A DNA stretch of 63,925 nt from contig NC_068986.1 in the NCBI RefSeq assembly GCF_001194135.2, positions 66,444,741 through 66,508,665 of the forward strand. The letters are read 5' to 3'. Source of the DNA: Octopus bimaculoides. Its lineage: Eukaryota. Positions 50,352 to 63,139 of the stretch are shown here, piece by piece. The position numbers and the translations under genes were made by a program. Every line of letters begins with the position of its first letter. Position 1 is the first letter of the stretch. Below the pieces are notes generated by a model. It was not told the origin of the DNA, ran no database searches, and was given only the letters and a program-made list of their open reading frames with translations.

Positions 50352-50954
50352 CTTGATATATGAAAAAAAATAAAGGAATATCAGAACATAATATAAGAAT
50401 ATCAAAACATGAAACATAAGTGAAATATGGTAATGTACTTGATGCTATATGTTACATTGCTATGTTAACTTGTAGAAAACCATTGGGATCTTGCAGATGA
50501 CCCATCTTCAATGTAAAACCTAAATTCAAATGATCATTGACCAATCAGAACAAAAGAGATGCAAACAGAACAAATGAATCCTGATATAACAGACCTAGAA
50601 CAAGTGTCTCAGATGTGACCATCCAGTCTTTTACAAGAATAGTGTGACAGGACTACATTGTCCAACTTATCATTCTTTTTTGTTAAGGAGGTAGCATGTG
50701 GTTTGAGGGAAATTCAACCAATATCTTTAGCAGGTCAAGCAACTGTGAAGAGACACCTTAGTTAGTTTCTAAAAACCTAATTGTAACACTGAATACCAAT
50801 CCTCCAGTAAAAACCACTTCCAAAGAATGACTCTTAATCAATGTAACAATGAAGAGGAATGTGAGAAAAAGTGCTTTCTTTTTTTGTCTGTTTATCACAT
50901 TTTTTTTTTTACATAAAAGGTTACTATGCTTTGGATAATTCTGAAAATGTTAGA

Positions 50955-51515
50955 TTAAACCTTTAGCATTTAAACTGGCCATATTTGGCCAAAATATTCT
51001 ATCTGTGTTATGTTCAAATTGGTCAGATCCAGCCTCTCATATTTACCTTAAAATGTCATTGTAAAAATAAACAATCACATCATGAAATCTTGAAGCTATG
51101 AGATAACACATGATTAATTGAAAACAATGTGAATGAATAACCATTACATTTGGCTGAAAGCTCATGGTTCAGGGGTTAGGGTGTCGGGCTTACAATTGTC
51201 AGGTTGTGAGTTTGATTCCTGGACTGGGCTGTGTTGTATTCTTGTGCAAGACACTTTATTTCATATTGCTCCAGTTTACTCAGCTGTAGAAATGAGTTGT
51301 GATGTCATTGGTGCCAAGCTGTATTGGCCTTTGCCTTTCTCTTGGATAACACTGGTGGTGTAGAGAGGGAAGGCTGGTATGCATAGGTGACTGCTGGTCT
51401 TCCATAAACAACCTTGCCCAGAACTTTCTAGGTACAATCCCATGGTCATTCATGACCAAAGTGGGTATTTAACCTTTTTACATTTGAGTGAGTAATCTGA
51501 ATGCTAAAGAGTTAA
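50955..51515. mobile_element. piggyBac-type MITE with nested SINE D (51165-51470)
   Basis: TTAA|acctttagcatt ... aatgctaaagag|TTAA. Confidence 0.75.
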
Positions 51516-51853
51516 GTACTGTATCTGCTCAAGCTAGATTAAAGGAGACAAACTCAGAAATGTATGGAAAATGATCTTAAAACACTTGTTATTGATAGGT
51601 TGAAAGACAAAGTCAAATCTAGTTGAACCAGAACAGGATCTGAGAAAGGCAAAGTCAAATAAGTGTAACGTATTTAGTATTGGTACTTGACAATCTATAG
51701 ATAATTTCATTATCTTTTAACAAGATGAGATTGATTAACTAAAACATGCAAGTTATGTTAGTATTGATATATCTCTTGAACATTTTGCATAACAAACTCA
51801 AAGTAAACTTCATATGTTGAAAAATGAAAAATATTGATAAAACGAATTTTTAC

Positions 51854-51978
51854 CCCAACAAAAGCCATTTTTATTCGAGGTTTTTTGTTGTAACCAAGCT
51901 GGACTGCTTCAGAAAATAGTGTAAAGTTGCACCGAGCAATGTAAGCAAGTTGTCCAATAGTTTCCCCTTTGATAGTTG
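51854..51978 (-). CDS. FBH1: FBH1 exon
   Basis: ttttttctacag|STIKGETIGQLAYIARCNFTLFSEAVQLGYNKKPRIKMAFVG|gtaaaa, phase 1 to 0. Confidence 0.9.
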
Positions 51979-54539
51979 CTGTAGAAAAAACAAAATTCAA
52001 AATATAAGCTAAATGGTAACTGTAAGAATATTGTAGTAAGTTATAAATTGCTCAGTTTTATTCTTTCTTTTAATGGTAACTACAAATCTTAGTAGAGTGA
52101 AATAGTGATTTCATGCTATCACAGAAGTTCTATATTTTTGAGTGGGGGAAATGTAATGTGCTGCTCAGGATTTTCGAGCGAGATCGTTGCCAGTGCCCCT
52201 GGACTGGCTCTTGTGCGGGTGGCACATAAAATACACCATTTTGAGCGTGGCTGTTGCCAGTACCGCCTGACTGGCCTTCGTGCGGGTGACACGTAAAAGC
52301 ACCCACTACACTCTCTGAGTGGTTGGCGTTAGGAAGGGCATCCAGCTGTAGAAACTCTGCCAAATCAGATTGGAGCCTGGTGTAGCCATCTAGTTTCACC
52401 AGTCCTCAGTCAAATCGTCCAACCCATGCTAGCATGGAAAGCGGACGTTAAACGACGACGATGATGATGATGATGATGATTTCCTCAAATGTAAATGAAG
52501 TTAAATAGTCTCAATCAGGAATTGAAACAATATTGCTGTCTTGACTTGTCTGATGCTTAATGTTCCTTTAGTGGCACATGTTACAGTGGTGTAACCATTT
52601 AATTATCATCCAGTTGAACTCACTCAGATTTTCTCAACTCAATCACACTGGCCATCATAACTCCAACTAACATTTGGAAGTCAGCAGAGCAACATCCAGT
52701 GCCTGTACAGAACTAGTTGATGAAGATTTTTGTTGGACAGCTGACTTCATCATCATCATCGTTTAACGTCCACTTTCCATGCTGGCATGGGTTGGACGGT
52801 TTGACTAAGGACTAGCGAGCCAAATGGATGCACCAGGCTCCAATCTGATCTGGCAGAGTTTCTACAGCTGGATGCCCTTCCTAACATCAACCACTCCGAG
52901 AGTGTAGTGGGTGCTTTTATGTGCCACCAGCATGAGGGCCAGTCAGGCGGTACTGGCAATGGCCACGCTCAAATGGTGTTTTCCACGTACCACCGACACA
53001 AGTGTCAGTAAGGTGATGCTGGTAACGATCACACTCGAATGGTACTCTTTATGTGCCACCGGCACGGGGGCCATGCAGCGGCCCTGGCCACGATCACACT
53101 TGGATGGTGCTCTATGCGCTCTACTAGCACGGATGTCAGTCATGCAGTGCTGTCATTGAATTCGATTCCGATTTCCCTTGCCTCAAAAGGTTTCCAGAAG
53201 CATAATTTAGTGTCCAATGAAAGAAAGGTATGCCTGGCTCTCAAGCAGTGTCCTGCATAATGTATGTGCCTCTCTCAAATGATATTAGTGATTTTGAGAA
53301 GACTGCTATACAATCTTTGTTTGGTCAGATACTTTTCCAGGAAATATTCAAAATGATACAATGGTGTGAATATCATTAAAGTTTGCCTTTAGGTGTTAGG
53401 TGAGTGTTTAAGCAGTGAACCCACACATAGCACTGATTCCTCAGATGCACAAAAGAAATTTCTTTTCAGCTTGCTTGAAGCCCTCAAGAACAGATCATGC
53501 TTTTGCGAGAAATAACTTAGTTATCATCATCATCATCATCATCGTTTAACGTCCGCTTTCCATGCTAGCATGGGTTGGATGATTTGACTGAGGACTGGTG
53601 CAACCGGATGGCTACACCAGGNNNNNNNNNNNNNNNNNNNNNNNNNNNNNNNNNNNNNNNNNNNNNNNNNNNNNNNNNNNNNNNNNNNNNNNNNNNNNNN
53701 NNNNNNNNNNNNNNNNNNNNNNNNNNNNNNNNNNNNNNNNNNNNNNNNNNNNNNNNNNNNNNNNNNNNNNNNNNNNNNNNNNNNNNNNNNNNNNNNNNNN
53801 NNNNNNNNNNNNNNNNNCGCCAACCACTCAGAGAGTGTAGTGGGTGCTTTTACGTGTCACCCGCACGAAAACGGCCACGCTCGAAATGGTGTCTTTTATG
53901 TGCCACCCGCACAAGAGCCAGTCCAGGGGCACTGGCAATGATCTCGCTCGAAAACCCTACAAGGCCAGTCAGGCGGTACTGGCAACGGTCACGCTCAGGA
54001 TGGTACATCTTATGTGCCACCCGCACAAGAGCCAGTCCAGGGGCACTGGCAACGATCTCACTTGGCTTGTGACAAGTAAATATAAATATATTACTTAAGA
54101 TTTTTCACATCATCTGGTTTACTATTGATTGCTTAACAAAAAAAAAAAAAGTTAGTCAAGAGAAATGGAAGAAGAGGAGGTAGAAGAAGAGGAGAAACAA
54201 TGCTCTTCAGCTTCACAGGTTCTTCCAGACTGGTGAGATTGATGTAACTGATGTCTAGCCTGAAATCTGAATATGCTACTACTATATTAGTAAGAAAAAC
54301 TTGGGTGGAGAGAGAACATGAGTGTTCTAACCTAAATACATATAATAGAGTGAACTTCATTAATGGTACCAGCTAAAAAACTAATTATGATTTCAAATAT
54401 TTAAGTTTTTTGTACAAAATCAAGAAAGGTAATCAAAATATAATTAAACAGATACTCTGAGTCTTCTGAAACAGTTTCTATATTCTGGAAATTTGCTGCT
54501 CAGAAATTAATGGCAAAATAGAATCAGTAAGTAACTTAC

Positions 54540-54636
54540 ATTTATTTGTCCCACCAACTAGGATTTCTTTGGAACGACAAGATCTCTGGAGAAAGCAGTT
54601 GGCAGCAAAAGCTATTTCAGGTCCAAATCTGAAAGA
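54540..54636 (-). CDS. FBH1: FBH1 exon, helicase motif IV
   Basis: tttttcag|SFRFGPEIAFAANCFLQRSCRSKEILVGGTNK|gtaagt, phase 0 to 1. Confidence 0.95.
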
Positions 54637-54905
54637 CTGAAAAAGAGAAAGAAACACAGAAAATTTAAAATGTGGTCGAAAATAGTTTATTTTTAAAATC
54701 AAAAGTTATGTCTTAATAATAGTTGATGGCTACTACAACCTTCAACATAACCATTTAAAACCATTATTAACTTAGTGAATATTTGAATAGTAAGGTCATT
54801 TAGTGCATGATGAAAATGCCAGTACAGCGGTTTCTCATATTATTGATGTTATTTTGGTATTATTTTTTGCTGATTAATTTCAAGAAAGACAATGATGCTA
54901 CTTAC

Positions 54906-55042
54906 TTGAGTAAGGTAGAATATTTGGTTTGCTTCAATACTTTGCATGGCATTAATTGCACCACGAAATGCATAAATTTGTTGATTTGGGTCTCCAACTA
55001 GAATTTTAGCTTGTGGCTGTGACAACAATATGTCAGCAATGG
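54906..55042 (-). CDS. FBH1: FBH1 exon, helicase motif III
   Basis: tttgttacag|[46 protein letters not shown]|gtaagt, phase 1 to 0. Confidence 0.96.
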
Positions 55043-55984
55043 CTGTAACAAAAAATTTAACTTTATAAGACTTAGAAAACCTGTAACTGGCACAGTGTTG
55101 AACCTACTGTCAAAGCATAAAATCTACAAGCCTGGGTTTACAGATCTTAAATCTTAACACAAGACTCCATTCTCACTTCTTTGCTGGTAAGTGTTAAGAC
55201 AAATATAAGCATTTGCACAATTTTGTCTTTCATCCTTCAGAATCATTATCATCATCACCATCATTTAATGTCTGTTTTCTATGCTGGAATGGACTGAATG
55301 GTTTGACAAGAATTGACCAGGCTCTATGTCTGATTTGGCATGGTTTCTATGGCTGGATGCCCTTCCTAATGCCAACCACTTTACAGAGTGTGCTGGGTCC
55401 TTTTTAAGCGGCACTAGCACAGATGCTTTTATGTGGTGCTTCTTACATGATACCAGCACAAGTGCTTTATAAATGGTGCCAGCACATGTGCTTTTTTAAC
55501 ACGGCACTGGCATGAGTGCTTTTTATGTGGTGCCAGCACAGGACATAAAGAATTTGCCTATAGGGATAGACTGCCACAGACAAAATATGCAGTAGTCAAT
55601 GTGAATGAACATATTCTAGAATGCAGTATCCAGTACAGCCATATGTTTTCCATGCAGCCATATGTCAGAAAAGTAACTGAAAATAACAATGACAAATGAT
55701 GCAAAATAAAGAAGCTCAGCCAAGACAAAAGAGTGATAATGTCTTGGTCAAAGCCATTTTTCTTCAGTCATGTCAGACTTGCTTCAGAGAAAGACATGAA
55801 CAATACATTTCCCAATTTCTTATTGTCTGATGTGCATGACTTTGTGCATAGTAATGAAAAATTCATTCTGGGTTTAGTCACAAAATGTAGCACTTTGGCA
55901 AATGTCTTCTACTACAGCCGTGGGTTGACCAATGCTGTGTGAGTGAATTTTGTAGATGGAAATGATCCAGAAGCCTGTCATATG

Positions 55985-56026
<42 letters not shown>

Positions 56027-56548
56027 CATATGTCTTTGATCCCCACCACTGCTTGACAACTGGTGTTGGTTTGTTTAGCAGTTTGGGAAACAAAATCGAT
56101 ACAATAAGCACCAGACTTGAAAATAAGTACTGAGGTCAATCTGTTTAACTAAAACCCTTCAAGGTGGTGTCCCAGCATGGCCACAGTCCAATGACTGAAA
56201 CAAGTAAAAGATAAAAGGTAAAAAGATACATACAAGTTAATCAAGAAGGAGCATTCTTAGATTGACAAACAGAACACTGACTGCACAATCACCACCATCA
56301 CTGTCACTATTCAACATCTGTTTTTCCATGCTTGCATGGGTTGGTTGATTTGAGAGGAGCTGATGATCTGGAGAACTGTACCAAGCTCATCTGCTTTGGC
56401 ATAGTTAGAGGGGAAAGGAATGCAGTGAGCAGTGAACACGGATAGAGGGAAGGGTGTTACGAAGATGAATTGTAGGGGAAAGATTCGACAGGCACAGGTT
56501 GTGTGCAGGGGCATATCATCAAGGAAATAAATATAAAAAAATAGTAAC

Positions 56549-56741
56549 CTGGAGTGAGATCTTGAGCTTCATCCACCAAAATGACATCATAGGATCCCAG
56601 TTTTGGTCTACTTAGTTGGAAAAGCTTCAAATATCCATCATGTGTCATTTTAACGGTGGTGTCATCAATATCTATCATTTTATTCCAATACTGCTGAGCA
56701 TCTTTTAGACATCCGTCAGGGTCAACATTGCCTTGAAAAGT
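56549..56741 (-). CDS. FBH1: FBH1 exon, helicase motif II (Walker B)
   Basis: tattttag|TFQGNVDPDGCLKDAQQYWNKMIDIDDTTVKMTHDGYLKLFQLSRPKLGSYDVILVDEAQDLTP|gttact, phase 0 to 1. THDGYLKL.QL and DEAQD are FBH1 hallmarks. Confidence 0.96.
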
Positions 56742-58019
56742 CTAAAATAGATAACATTTAAGCACTTAGAATAAAAGACAACAAAGTTCATTAAACAAAG
56801 TTTTACTGAAAAGAATCCGTCGACAAACTGTTAATTAAAGAGAGACAAATCATTTTCATTATCAGCAATATCTTCGTCAAAACTATTAACCAATAATATG
56901 AATACAATACGATTGTTAGAACACTAATTTTTCTGGATATGTTAGAGAGTCTAAGAGAGATAATTCTTCCATGCAATTTTATTTTTTACTCATCAAGTGC
57001 AAAATTAAATTTCATGCTTATTCGAGTAATCATCATCATCGTTTAACGTCCGCTTTCCATGCTAGCATGAGTTGGACGATTTGACTGAGGACTGGTGAAA
57101 CCGGATGGCAACACCAGGCTCCAATCTAATTTGGCAGAGTTTCTACAGCTGGATGCCCTTCCTAACGCCAATGATGTTAAATATCTACCAAGAAAAACAA
57201 AAGTATTTGTGTTTCCTTCAAGTTACGTAGCCTAAATAGATTCGACATGTCTCAACAACGATTAGTTTCAACATGAGACATTCCTCAAGAAAAGATAGAT
57301 TGGTATATAAACACTTCCCACAATAAAAGAGTTAAGGAACTTCGATACAATGTTGCAAAGTCGTACTTTTAAATGTGTGTGTGTGTGTGTATGTGCGTGC
57401 GCGCGCTAGTGTGTGTATAGATAGATAGATAGATAGATAACGATGCAAATAAACAAATAAAGAAGCTTGGGCTTGACATATAAAATATACACATATATAT
57501 ATATATACATGTAAATAGAGAAACATAGACTGAAAATATTCAGACAATGAATATTCATGTATAAATATATATTTATATATTATCAGAGCATATTTACACA
57601 GAGTACAAACACACAGAAAACTAAGAGGAAAAGGTATGGTATTACAGGCCTGACAGCTGTTTCTGGGGGCTTGGAGTTATGTAATAATGTTGGCAGATAG
57701 AGTTTGTACAAGAATATGCAATGAGTAATGGATGCATATAAACACTACAGAAAATCTGGCTTCCATCTTCTGGGTGGAGAGATTGGTATCTAACATTTCA
57801 AGATCATAATGTAGGAAAATTTGAAGGTAGAATGGAGAAGAGGAAGGTCAATAGAAGTGGAGGGAGGAGTAGGCAGCTGACGTGTGTGTGTGTGGGGTGG
57901 AGTGGGTGGGGTAGGGGTAGTGTTAAAATAAAGGACAAGAAGAAATAAAAGAGAAAGAGCAAGAAGAGGGAGAGAGTTAGTGACCAAAGTATTGAGAGAT
58001 GTAGAAGTGGTGAGTTGAG

Positions 58020-58200
58020 AGACTCTTGTGGAATGTGACCAAATGAGGTTTATTTTCAACACATTTCCCCTTGTGGTCCACACATTTCTTCCATTGGTGT
58101 TGCAGTATTTGGATTACTTTATATAAAATCTGAGCTGCTTTACTATATTGCTCTGAAGACGGTGAGATTATGGCTGAAAGCTCAGTTAAGCTTTCTTCCA
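58020..58200 (-). mobile_element. Mariner 3' end fragment
   Basis: ILQHQWKKCVDHKGKCVENK resembles the mariner C-terminal RW.KC...G.Y.E motif. Confidence 0.7.
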
Positions 58201-58283
58201 ATATAAACTGTTATGAGAATATAAATATCACAAGACGAACTTATTTCCCCTTGGGGTTCAAAGACAGTCTCACTAGTGCTGGG

Positions 58284-59167
58284 GGATCTTTACCTTTTGA
58301 ACGGCAGATCGAGAAATTAATCGTTTTTTTTGTAACTAAACACTTTCAAACTTCGGACACTGGTAGAATGTGTCATATAAAACATCTTTTACTCTTAGTG
58401 TTGTTGAGAAAAGTTTATATTTTGAAAGTTATTTTGTGTTAAAGTTGTCGTATTTCAGTAATTTCAGCCAATCAATGCTGAATAAAATTACTGTTAACAA
58501 CAACTATCAGTGGTATATATTTCATTTGTCACTGTTATTTATGACATCGTTCATGCGTTTGTACTGGTTTTAGCATTAGGGGGTTAGGGTTAGGGTTTTA
58601 GAGTTAGGGTGAGGGTTATGGTTAGAGTTTTAGGGTTAGGATTGGGGTTTTAGGGTTAGGGTTGGGATTTTAGGGTTAGAGTTACGGAAAAAAGTGAAAA
58701 ATGAAGAAATTGAAGGGGGTGGGGGGCAAAAAAGTCTTTCTGAAAATAGTAGCTGAAAAACAGGAAAAAGAAACAAAAAAAAAAACTAAAAGCAGTAGAA
58801 ATGCACGAACAATTGTGGTGGTGCCATGAAGTAAACATGCTTCAGATACACTCATTTATTCATAAAAACGTAACTGAGATGAAATATGTCATAAATAACA
58901 GTGACAAACGAAATATAGACTGCCGGAAGTTGTTGTTGACAAACAACAGCAGTAATTTTATTCAGCTGAATACATGTCATTGATTGGTTGAAATTACCGA
59001 AATATGACAATTTTAACACGAAATAACTTTGAAAATATAAACTTTTCTCAGCAACACTAAGAGTAAAAAGATGTTTTATATGACACATTCTACTAGTGTC
59101 TGAAGTTTGAAAGTGTTCAGTTACAAAAAATTAATTTCTCGAACTGCTGTTCAAAGGGTAAAGATCC
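58284..59167. mobile_element. TIR element with ~270-bp inverted arms and an internal telomere-like tract
   Basis: ggatctttaccttttgaacggcag / ctgctgttcaaagggtaaagatcc. Flanks gtgctggg / atgctggg (7 of 8 match). Confidence 0.85.
58575..58685 (+). repeat. Degenerate (TTAGGG)n interstitial telomeric repeat
   Basis: ttagggttagggttttagagttagggtgagggttatggttagag... Confidence 0.85.
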
Positions 59168-59410
59168 ATGCTGGGGGCATGGAAGAAAAGCACCCAGTTC
59201 ATGCTATAAGGTGGTTGTCTTTAGGAAGGGCATCCAGCTGTAGAAACCAAGCCAAAGCAGACACTGGAGCATGATGCAATCTTTGAGTCCATGAGATGAT
59301 GATGATTATTATTTTCAAATCATTTGTTCAACGATACATGTATGCAGAATTGTGAATGTGTGAAATTCTAAAGATAGAAAACAAGATAGTTTAGCATTGA
59401 ATCTACCAAC

Positions 59411-59612
59411 CTCTATGTACGTTGTCGTATTCATAAAATCACTGATGTGTTCAAAGGTTATTTTTGGATCTTTTGAAGTCAAGAATTTCTCTAGTATGAA
59501 CAGTACCATTCTGGCCCTTAGAGTATGGCTTTGATTATTAACACGTGGAAGAGCTGATTCAACATCTCTGACTTTAGGAGTCCCAGGATGAAGTTTCTGG
59601 TTCATTGCATAC
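59411..59612 (-). CDS. FBH1: FBH1 exon
   Basis: tttatgttgcag|RYAMNQKLHPGTPKVRDVESALPRVNNQSHTLRARMVLFILEKFLTSKDPKITFEHISDFMNTTTYIE|gttggt, phase 2 to 0. Confidence 0.9.
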
Positions 59613-60370
59613 CTGCAACATAAATTTAATTAATTTATTTATTATCTATGTAATTCAATCAACATGTTGATTGAATGTCTGAATGTCTAGAGTAGTGGAT
59701 GATGTAAATAAGATGTTGTTATTATTTTAATAAGAAAGGTAGTGAGTTGGCAGAATCATTAGCATGCTTGACAAAATGTTTAGTGGCATTTCATCCTTAC
59801 AAGGGTTGATGTAATTGACTAGCCCCGTCCCTCAAAATTTCAGGCCTTGTGTCTATAGTATTTGACTTAGCTCTTCCCCTCCTTTAAAATTTTCAGCTAG
59901 GTATCAAAAACAATTATTATTTATCCTTCGTGATATATTTTGTGACTCAATTGTCCCCGTGAGGCTGGGAGGGAAGTGGGGGTATCAGTCTTGAGTGCAA
60001 GATGAGGCTTTTCTCTATCTCTCTTTTTTGCTTAATAGGAACTCCAGTCTGCTGTAAATTTTGATTATATTTTGTATTCAGCACTTGTTTATTTGAAGAC
60101 AAGAAAATCTGGAAAGTCTGTAATATTATTTATGGAAACACTCATTATTACAGATATGGTATCCTCACAGCTCACAGCTGATGAAATGCATTTGTATATC
60201 TTCCTATGATGCTTTTTCACACAAGCAGCAAAAGACAAATGTTCCAGTCCCTTTATTATATTCTTGTCACTTAACAACTGGTATAAGCCACCTCCCTTAA
60301 TCAAGGGGTCTTGTGAGTTACTTGACCTCACTGGCATGAAAGAAAAAGGGCAAAATTCTGCTTTAAGCAC

Positions 60371-60812
60371 ACCATATAACTCCTCATAACTTTTTTAACT
60401 TCAGAAATTTTCAGAAAATGTTTGTGAATTTGTGATCTACACACAGGAGTTAATACGATTATGTAAAAACCTCAAAAGATTAGTGATATAAGAGCTATTT
60501 AGCTATCTATTTAGTTTTTTATTTTTAGCACATCTCATGTCCACCTCATACATTTCTCGTTTGTTTATCACTCTGACATATTGATGTTTTCCAATATCTT
60601 TCTCCACATAAACCTATTTAATGGTCTATTAGTGGGATTTAAGTTAAAAATTCAGACAGCCTAAATTTCAAACTGTGATTGAAAAAAAAATTTCTAAAAA
60701 TTAAAAAAAATTTTGTTTTCATAGTCATGTGAATTTCTGTGTGTAGAATACAAATTTTCAAAAATTTTCTGAAGCTTCCAAAAAATAGGAAAATTATGAG
60801 GGCTTATATGGT
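60371..60812. mobile_element. MITE
   Basis: accatataactcctcataa / ttatgagggcttatatggt with further arm similarity. The same end motif occurs at ~10120-10136. Confidence 0.7.
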
Positions 60813-61031
60813 ATACTAGAAAAAGCACTCACTACCCTCTGTAAAGTGGTTGGCATTAGAATGAGCATCCAGCTGTAGAAACTGTGCCAAAATAAGACAT
60901 TGAAGCTTGACGTAGTCTTCTGATCTGACAGATCTTGTCAAACCATCCAGCCCATGCCAATATGGAATACAGATGCTAAATAATGATGATGATTATGACA
61001 TGAATCAAAACACATTTGTAAACCCACTTAC

Positions 61032-61121
61032 CTTATACCCTTTTTCTTGAAAGCTAGCCCATGTCCTGTCATACAGTGGACATTTGGAGGGAATACAGTT
61101 TTGGCATGTTCACATACTGAC
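61032..61121 (-). CDS. FBH1: FBH1 exon (after motif Ia), the most 5' exon found in the window
   Basis: tatgtcttctacag|SVCEHAKTVFPPNVHCMTGHGLAFKKKGIR|gtaagt, phase 2 to 2. Corresponds to the FP.NV.C.T.H..A segment. Confidence 0.92.
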
Positions 61122-61381
61122 CTGTAGAAGACATAGAAAAATAGCAGGAGTTTCTTTGAAAACTAATGTAAAAATCATTATAGGTTAAAACTAGATGAGG
61201 TAAATAATTTACAAATACTAAAAATTTAGGGCTCTGTGGTAGAAACTTACTTCCAAACCATATGGTTCTCAGTTCAGTCCTACTGTGGCACCTCAGGCAA
61301 GTATCTTCTACTAAAGCCTTGGGCCAACCAAAGCCTTCTGATTTGGAAGATAGAAATTGAAAGAAGCTCATCGTATATGTT

Positions 61382-61441
<60 letters not shown>

Positions 61442-63139
61442 GTGTTTGTCTTTGTGTCTATGTTTGTCCTCCACCACTGATTGACAACTAGTACTGGTGT
61501 GATTAAGGCCATGTAACTTAGCGATTGGTAAAATAAGTACCAGGCTTAAAAAAAAGTAACAGGGTCATTTCCTTTGACTAAAAATTCTCCATGGTGGTGC
61601 CCCAGCATGACTGCAGCAAGTAAAATATAAAAGATAATAATAAATAGAAGACTTTTATATCAAAGAATTTGCACTATAAACTGAATGTTCAACATAGTCT
61701 CTAACTGCTATAAGTTAAGGGACACTCTGAATCATCAAGGTATGTCTTCTTTGTTTTCATGACTACCTACCACTGACTGTCCAAGTATATAACTTACTAC
61801 ATGCATGTACATACATACATACATGCATGTATGCATGCCTACATACTTGCTTGCACACATACATGCATGCATACATACATTACATACATACATACATATA
61901 TACATATACATACATATAAATATACATACATGCACACATATATTTGTGAGGCCTCTGTTTATCATAACAGAAAAGTAAGAGTCTTCGAGTGAGTTGGAGG
62001 TGATATATTGTAATATTGATAGTGAAGAGAAGGCACTGAAGAGATAATGGTTAATTGAGTCTGCATCAAAATATTTCTTACATTGGTACAAGGCAATAAA
62101 TATGTAGGAGAGGTTTATAAATAATACAAACAATCCTAGTTCATGACTTGAACTTGTTTTAATGAAATTCAGAAGATGAAAGGATTAAAAACAAAGTCAG
62201 AATTACTGAGATTTAAACTCTGTTAATCATCATTATCATCATCACTCAGTGTTTTGAACCTGGATTTTGTCCCCGTTAACAAGGGTGGCTGGATCTACCT
62301 TAATACCATAGCAACCAAGGTAGGTAGATGCAGCCCACCCCAACCTTTGGGTTGGTTAGTTCCCAATCTCCTTTGCTATCACGAGGCTTTTTTGGAGCTG
62401 GATTTTCTACAGGGAGCATGCCCTTGCTTACCCTCACCCTCAGTTTCTAGATATGAGTGGTCCTGAGAGCAAGGACTCTACCACGATTTTTAAGAAATGT
62501 AGTGGAAAACTAGCTCAGGAAGGCAGGGATGCTACTCCCTGAGACCCCTTTTGCATATGGATGAAGACAACTGTATCAAGAAGTGCTGATCTCTAATTGT
62601 GGAGGGAACATGTGGAGGGGTAGACCCAGGAAGACATGGAATGAAGTAGTGAGAAAGGATCTTTAGACATTGGGTCTTGCAGAGGGGATGGCAAGGGACT
62701 GAGACCTCTAGCAGTTTGCTGCGCTTGTCAAGACACATCAAATTAAGTAAACTTGTGGTTGTCTTTGCATACAGGCATGTCTCCTATATTCCCCTTCAGC
62801 TGAGCAATCCTAATCTTGCAGGCTCGTGCCCAAGGTGCCATGCAGTGGGACTGAACCCGGAACCATGTGGTTAGTAAGCAAGCTACTTACTGTACAGCCA
62901 ATATATATGTATAACTATGTGTCTGTGTGTCTTTGTATCTGTTGTCTTCCACCACCTCTTGACAACTGGTATTAGTGTGTTTACATCCCTACTACTTAGC
63001 AACTTGGCAAAAGAGACTGATAGAATAAGAACTAGGCTTAAAAATAAGTGTGGGGGTTGACTTGTTTGACTAAAATTCTATAAGTTGGTGCCCCAACATG
63101 GCCACAGTCAATTGACTGAAACAACTAAAAGATATATAT

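Noticed and set aside
51758-52000. Read-through ORF extending the FBH1 exon to ...QEIYQY*
   Set aside because: Similarity stops at the gtaaaa donor (51853) and the rest is AT-rich intron.
60089-60370. 93-aa minus-strand ORF in an FBH1 intron
   Set aside because: No helicase motifs, and the flanking exons join in phase without it.
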